NCBI GenBank assembly: GCA_037137535.1
Contig: JBAXKC010000055.1
Coordinates: 1-12,270 of the forward strand
Direction of reading: 5' to 3'
DNA length: 12,270 nt
Origin: a bacterium
GTDB taxonomy: Bacteria > Cyanobacteriota > Vampirovibrionia > Gastranaerophilales > JBAXKC01
Shown: positions 8,133-12,270 of the stretch, piece by piece
Layout of the letters: every line of letters begins with the position of its first letter
Numbering within the stretch: the first letter of the stretch is position 1
Program-made: the position numbers and the translations under genes
Notes under the pieces: model-generated
Databases searched by the model: none
What the model saw: only the letters and a program-made list of their open reading frames with translations
Told to the model about the DNA's origin: nothing

Positions 8133-9079
8133 AAATTAAATTCAGTAATATAAAAGTTGCCAATCTAGAATGCCTATGTCGAATTGTATCAATTGCAAAA
8201 ATCCGTAGAATAGAATTCGTAAATCGTAAGTATTCCGAAAGAGGAACATATTTCGATGAAACTTTGTCTTTCCTAGTGGTGTTGAATGTAATAAAAATTT
8301 CAGGAAATGAAGTGATTCCCAAGAATGAAAAATTAATTAAAGCATCTCAGACAAAGGAATTTAATAATATTTTGTTGCAAACTATATTTTCAACTTCAAG
8401 TAATACTATATCACAATTATTAAAAGACTTCTTATTTAATTTTCAATCAAATGATTCAATCTTTTTCTTTCAAGCTAATCAAAGTGAAAAACTAAAATAT
8501 AGTCATATTAGAAATTTATTAATTGAATTAAATTTTATTTGTTTAAGTGGTGATAAAAAAAAATATGTAATAGATTCAAAATTTGATGATCTTTTCTATA
8601 AAATAATTAATAAAAGAAAGCTGACTTTTGAGAAATTTAAAGAAAAACAAATTGAAAATGAACAAATTGGCCTACTTGCTGAAATTGCAATAATACAATT
8701 TGAACAAAAAAGGTTATTAAATATCAAGATTAATAAAAATGAAATCGAACATACATCTATTATAAATACTTTAGCTGGCTATGATATCAGGAGTTTCGAA
8801 GAATATTTTGATAGTAATTCCAATAGAATTTTTCGTTATATTGAAGTAAAAGCGGTTTCCGAATTAGATTATAAATTCTTTTGGAGTAGAAATGAAATAG
8901 AAATTTCCAAAATTTATGGTGATTCATATTATCTTTATTTATTGCCAATTAAATCTAAAACAAAATTCAATTTTGAATCTTTAGAAGTCATTAAAAATCC
9001 TTATCAATTCTTTTTTAAAAGTGATAATTTTTGGGAAAGTCAGGTAGAGAAATTTTCATTTTCAAAAATAACTAATTGA
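8129..9079 (+). CDS. DUF3883 (NO VEIN C-terminal) PD-(D/E)XK-type putative endonuclease
   Basis: C-terminal GLLAE...FEQKRL...AGYDIRSF...RYIEVKA...FFWSRNE...YYLY pattern. ATGA overlap with the helicase stop. Confidence 0.87.
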   Translation: MKIKFSNIKVANLECLCRIVSIAKIRRIEFVNRKYSERGTYFDETLSFLVVLNVIKISGNEVIPKNEKLIKASQTKEFNNILLQTIFSTSSNTISQLLKDFLFNFQSNDSIFFFQANQSEKLKYSHIRNLLIELNFICLSGDKKKYVIDSKFDDLFYKIINKRKLTFEKFKEKQIENEQIGLLAEIAIIQFEQKRLLNIKINKNEIEHTSIINTLAGYDIRSFEEYFDSNSNRIFRYIEVKAVSELDYKFFWSRNEIEISKIYGDSYYLYLLPIKSKTKFNFESLEVIKNPYQFFFKSDNFWESQVEKFSFSKITN

Positions 9080-9080
9080 A

Positions 9081-10004
9081 ATGGCGATCATAAATAATAT
9101 TCCTACAAATATTTTATACAACGGAGACTCTGCAAAAATTCTTTCTGATGTAAAAAAGTTTCCTGACAAAAGCGTTAATTTGATTGTAACATCGCCACCT
9201 TATGCTGATAAGAGAAAGAAATCATATGAGGGTGTTCACTCTTCAAAATATGTAGAATGGTTTTTACCAATTAGTTTAGAATTGCGAAGAATTTTAAAAG
9301 ACAATGGTTCTTTTATTTTAAATATTAAAGAGCATCCTGTAAATGGGGAAAGAGAGACATATGTTTTAGAATTGATTTTGGAAATGAAAAAACAGGGTTG
9401 GTTTTGGATTGAAGAATATTGTTGGTATAAAAAAAATTCTTTCCCAGGAAAATGGCCCAATAGATTTAGGGATTCGTGGGAACGATGTTTGCATTTTTCA
9501 AAATCGAAATCTTTTAAGATGTATCAAGATGCTGTCAAAGTTCCTATTGGCGATTGGGCAGATAAAAGATTTAAATCTTTAACAGAACAAGATTTTATTA
9601 GATATATCTCAAAAAACAATTCTCACTTAACTCGAAATGTTTCAAATTGGTTAAATAAGAAGAAAGTTTACCCTCATAATGTCTTAGTCTTTGAAGAAGA
9701 GCATCGTTTATATTCAAGTAATTTAGTAGAAATGGCAACAGATTCTACTACTAAAAATCATAGTGCAATTTTTCCAATTGAATTGCCGACATGGTTTTTG
9801 AGGCTTTTTACAAAGGAAAATGATATTGTGTTGGATCCGTTTTTAGGCTCTGGAACAACTGCCGTTGCCGCATTCATTCATAAGAGAAGATACATTGGTG
9901 TGGAAAAAAAACTTGAATATTTTGATGAGGCAAAAAAGAATATTGATGAGGTTGAAAGAGCAATTAATGTAAAAGTTACTTCTAGTAAAAAAAAGAAAGT
10001 ATAA
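9081..10004 (+). CDS. Site-specific DNA amino-methyltransferase, beta class (probably m4C)
   Basis: Catalytic motif IV LIVTSPPY is near the N-terminus; HSAIFP and SAM-binding motif I VLDPFLGSGTT are near the C-terminus. Confidence 0.95.
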   Translation: MAIINNIPTNILYNGDSAKILSDVKKFPDKSVNLIVTSPPYADKRKKSYEGVHSSKYVEWFLPISLELRRILKDNGSFILNIKEHPVNGERETYVLELILEMKKQGWFWIEEYCWYKKNSFPGKWPNRFRDSWERCLHFSKSKSFKMYQDAVKVPIGDWADKRFKSLTEQDFIRYISKNNSHLTRNVSNWLNKKKVYPHNVLVFEEEHRLYSSNLVEMATDSTTKNHSAIFPIELPTWFLRLFTKENDIVLDPFLGSGTTAVAAFIHKRRYIGVEKKLEYFDEAKKNIDEVERAINVKVTSSKKKKV

Positions 10005-10042
10005 TCTGGCTTATTATCTAGTCATTAAACTATAACTATTCT

Positions 10043-10142
10043 GTTACTAATTTCTCTGAAACTCACTAGAATCAGCACATTTCATTTTCTGTATTGGAAA
10101 GTAACCGAGCGCAGCGAGGTCATCCCGCAAGGGGGATTGCAC
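10043..10142 (+). repeat. Right att arm + core copy 2 + GC-rich hairpin
   Basis: About 86% identical (manual count, one 1-bp gap) to 11176-11276. Core TTC TGT ATT GGA AAG TAA at 10087-10104. Confidence 0.9.
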
Positions 10143-10299
10143 GATTGTTATACTCAATTCACCCTAACCTTCTTACTTTTTAGGGCTTTTTAAATGAGAT
10201 TTTTACTTTTTCACTCCTCAAACTATTTTTTTCAGCTATTGCATCTTAAATTATTTATATCTATTTTGATAGCATTATTCATTTAAAACAAAACCCCAC

Positions 10300-11022
10300 A
10301 TGAAAAAAATGCTTTTGCTTTTATTCCTAATCCCACTATTAGGAAAATCACAAATCCAACCGGCAAAGGTTGTAAATGCACAACGAGTATTTCCTAAATC
10401 AAGTAAAGTAACTGCTTTTGAAAAAGCATTGGCAGCTCATGTTGCTAAATATCATCAATCAAAATGGAAATGGAGGGTGTTTAGTATTGAAACTGGCCCT
10501 GATCAGGGTGGATACCAAATCAATGAAGGACCTAATTCTTGGGATGAATTCGATCATCGTGGTGATTTAGGAGCTGCGCATATGCAGGATTGGGAATTAA
10601 ATATTGCGCCGTTATTACAAGACTTTTCTAAAGTATCATATGCGGTTTACAGAGAGGATTTAAGCACAATCGCCTTAGCAAATTATACAGATAAAATTGC
10701 CATAAACCATTTAACATATAACCCAGGATATAGTGGTGAAACCGAAGAACTACTAAAACAATTGAAAACAAATTGGGTATCTACTCAACGATCAACTGCT
10801 GTTTATGAAGTTGCAAGTTCAGGTGAACCTGGTTACACTATTGTTACAAGATATAAAGATGGTTTAAAAGAAAGAGACCCAGGTTACAAACCAAGTATGA
10901 AAGATGCTTTTGAAAAAAATAAACCTGGAAGCAGTCAAGCTTATCAAGATGGTTTAAAAAAAGCAATAAAAAATAGTTGGAGCGAAATTTTAAGTTTTCA
11001 AGCAAGCTTGAGTTCTAAATAA
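10300..11022 (+). CDS. Secreted hypothetical protein, possibly tandem dimeric alpha-beta barrel (NIPSNAP-like) domains
   Basis: Signal peptide MKKMLLLLFLIPLLGKSQ (SPI, cleavage before Q as is typical of Bacteroidota). Two similar halves (WRVFSIETGPDQGGY / TAVYEVASSGEPGY). The fold call is tentative. Confidence 0.75.
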   Translation: MKKMLLLLFLIPLLGKSQIQPAKVVNAQRVFPKSSKVTAFEKALAAHVAKYHQSKWKWRVFSIETGPDQGGYQINEGPNSWDEFDHRGDLGAAHMQDWELNIAPLLQDFSKVSYAVYREDLSTIALANYTDKIAINHLTYNPGYSGETEELLKQLKTNWVSTQRSTAVYEVASSGEPGYTIVTRYKDGLKERDPGYKPSMKDAFEKNKPGSSQAYQDGLKKAIKNSWSEILSFQASLSSK

Positions 11023-11055
11023 CGGGGTTGAATAATTTAAACAAGAAACTAATAA

Positions 11056-11085
11056 TCAAAAGCCCCATTTTAAAGGGGCTTTTGA
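11056..11085. terminator. Intrinsic (probably bidirectional) terminator
   Basis: TCAAAAGCCCC-attttaaa-GGGGCTTTTGA, an 11-bp perfect stem 33 bp after the stop at 11022. Confidence 0.8.
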
Positions 11086-11175
11086 ATTATACAGAATTAA
11101 ATACATTGAGTAAAATAATGGCCCACTCTTGAAATAGCTAGTCAATTGGCATCGTTCGAGTTTTACTATAGATCC

Positions 11176-11276
11176 GTTACTAAATTCTCTGAAACTCACT
11201 ATAATAAGTTCAACTCATTTTCTGTATCGGAAAATGACCGAGCGCAGGGAGGTAATCCCGCAAGGCGGGATTACAC
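11176..11276 (+). repeat. Right att arm + core copy 3 + GC-rich hairpin
   Basis: Core TTC TGT ATC GGA AAA TGA at 11220-11237. Perfect hairpin GTAATCCCGC-aag-GCGGGATTAC at 11252-11274. Confidence 0.9.
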
Positions 11277-11291
11277 AAATAATTAATTCAT

Positions 11292-11471
11292 ATTCTTCGG
11301 CATTTACATTCTAAATCAGCCAATTACATTTGCCTATTCTTGCCTTGCTTTGTCTTTAGTAACCCCATATTGGTGACTAATTCGGTTACTAATATTGATT
11401 TCAATTAATTCGATTCTCTTGTGAATTTATTATGGGCAACAATGATACAAAATGGCACATATAGAGATACT
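11292..11471 (+). repeat. Left att arm, copy 2 (start of a probable third element)
   Basis: Ungapped match of about 82% to 83-262. Confidence 0.9.
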
Positions 11472-11683
11472 AGTAATACAGTGTTTTTAGTAGTTTGATC
11501 CATTTTGTTTCAAGCTTTTCAAATTTAATTTTATTTTAATATTTATTTTTAAAATTCGTTGTAATTTAAAAGGAGTAAAAACTAATTACTGATCCTTCTT
11601 TTAAACATTGGTCTGAAATGACCGATTTCTTCGGCTGGCAATTTTGCTTAACAACCTCTAGCAAACAACAATCAAGTCAATTT

Positions 11684-12270
11684 ATGCCAATTGCAGAGTC
11701 ATCACCAATAACCCCTAAAGGTTCCATTCAAAATAATGTTTCTCCATTTAGTACGAAGTATAGAAATTATATACTCTTCATACTTACTGGTGTATATGTT
11801 TTCAATTTTATTGACAGGCAAATCCTGGTCATCCTTCAGGAATCTATCAAAAAAGATTTAGGTCTTTCAGATACGCAGCTTGGTCTGATGTCAGGATTCA
11901 CTTTTGCAATTTTTTATGTTTCATTTGGTATACCAATTGCCCGTTTGGCAGATAAGAGCAACAGGAAAAATATTATCACCATTTCCATAATTATATGGAG
12001 TGGCATGACGGCACTCTCAGGCAGGGCACAGAATTTTATACAATTATTACTTGCCCGTATTGGCGTTGGTATTGGAGAGGCTGGTGGAAGTCCGCCAGCT
12101 CACTCTATTATTTCCGATCTCTATCCCCCAGAAAAAAGAGCAACTGCCTTGGCTATTTATTCTACGGGAATATCAATAGGTATTTTGATTGGATTTCTTA
12201 TCGGTGGCTGGATCGATCATTATTTTGGCTGGCGGATCGCTTTTTTTGTGGTAGGGTTTCCCGGAATTAT
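11684..12270 (+). CDS. Spinster-like MFS transporter (partial; runs off the window)
   Basis: ATG11684: ...YVFNFIDRQILVILQESIKKDLGLSDTQLGLMSG...GIPIARLADKSNRKNII...LLARIGVGIGEAGGSPPAHSIISDLYPPEKRATALAIY... shows MFS motif A and spinster signatures. Absent from the track because no stop lies in the window. Confidence 0.93.
   Translation, partial: MPIAESSPITPKGSIQNNVSPFSTKYRNYILFILTGVYVFNFIDRQILVILQESIKKDLGLSDTQLGLMSGFTFAIFYVSFGIPIARLADKSNRKNIITISIIIWSGMTALSGRAQNFIQLLLARIGVGIGEAGGSPPAHSIISDLYPPEKRATALAIYSTGISIGILIGFLIGGWIDHYFGWRIAFFVVGFPGI

Larger units (their letters stand above)
45..10104. mobile_element. Integrated genomic island at the mnmE 3' end (element 1), no integrase gene seen
   Basis: Perfect 17-bp direct repeat TTCTGTATTGGAAAGTA at 45-61 (inside mnmE) and 10087-10103. 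Contains an excisionase-like gene and defence-type cargo, and is very AT-rich. Confidence 0.88.
10087..11237. mobile_element. Minimal single-gene att-flanked cassette (element 2)
   Basis: Bounded by core copies 2 and 3, has its own right arm (11176-11219), and contains one CDS plus a terminator. Confidence 0.65.

Noticed and set aside
1253-9460. Short minus-strand ORFs 1253-1438, 2349-2585, 3879-4139, 5047-5310, 5612-5812, 7981-8322 and 9236-9460
   Set aside because: All lie antisense to longer, motif-bearing genes and show no recognisable features; they are shadow ORFs.
4817-10004. Assignment to DISARM, BREX, Zorya, Menshen, type I/III R-M or a ParABS partition locus
   Set aside because: There is no DrmA/B/C, PglZ/BrxC, ZorA/B, ABC ATPase, HsdS, Res-Mod architecture or ParA in the window.
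10043-11471. CRISPR array, tRNA or IS ends as an explanation for the repeats
   Set aside because: There are only 2-3 copies at kb spacing, with no cloverleaf and no terminal inverted repeats or transposase. Identity with the mnmE tail explains them as att sites.

Overview
AT-rich Bacteroidota-type DNA; Chitinophagaceae-like is an inference from the MnmE tail and the accessory genes. The window opens with the last 19 codons of mnmE/trmE (EITNEDQLDFIFSKFCIGK*). The FCIGK-stop sequence recurs at 10087-10104 and 11220-11237 with only synonymous or stop-codon changes, and these copies carry conserved arm sequences. The region therefore reads as a tandem array of site-specifically integrated elements at the mnmE 3' end, with no integrase visible in the window. 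Element 1 (about 10 kb) carries a small-peptide/membrane-protein pair, a 689-aa PIN-like/coiled-coil/2TM protein, a zinc-finger-HTH excisionase and a tightly coupled four-gene operon: ParB-like protein, SNF2 helicase, DUF3883 nuclease and N4/N6 DNA methyltransferase. That operon is the best candidate for an undescribed restriction-modification-like defence system. Element 2 (about 1.1 kb) is a single-gene cassette encoding a secreted protein. A third left arm precedes a spinster-like MFS transporter that runs off the window. All protein calls are from motif recognition by eye; no searches were run.
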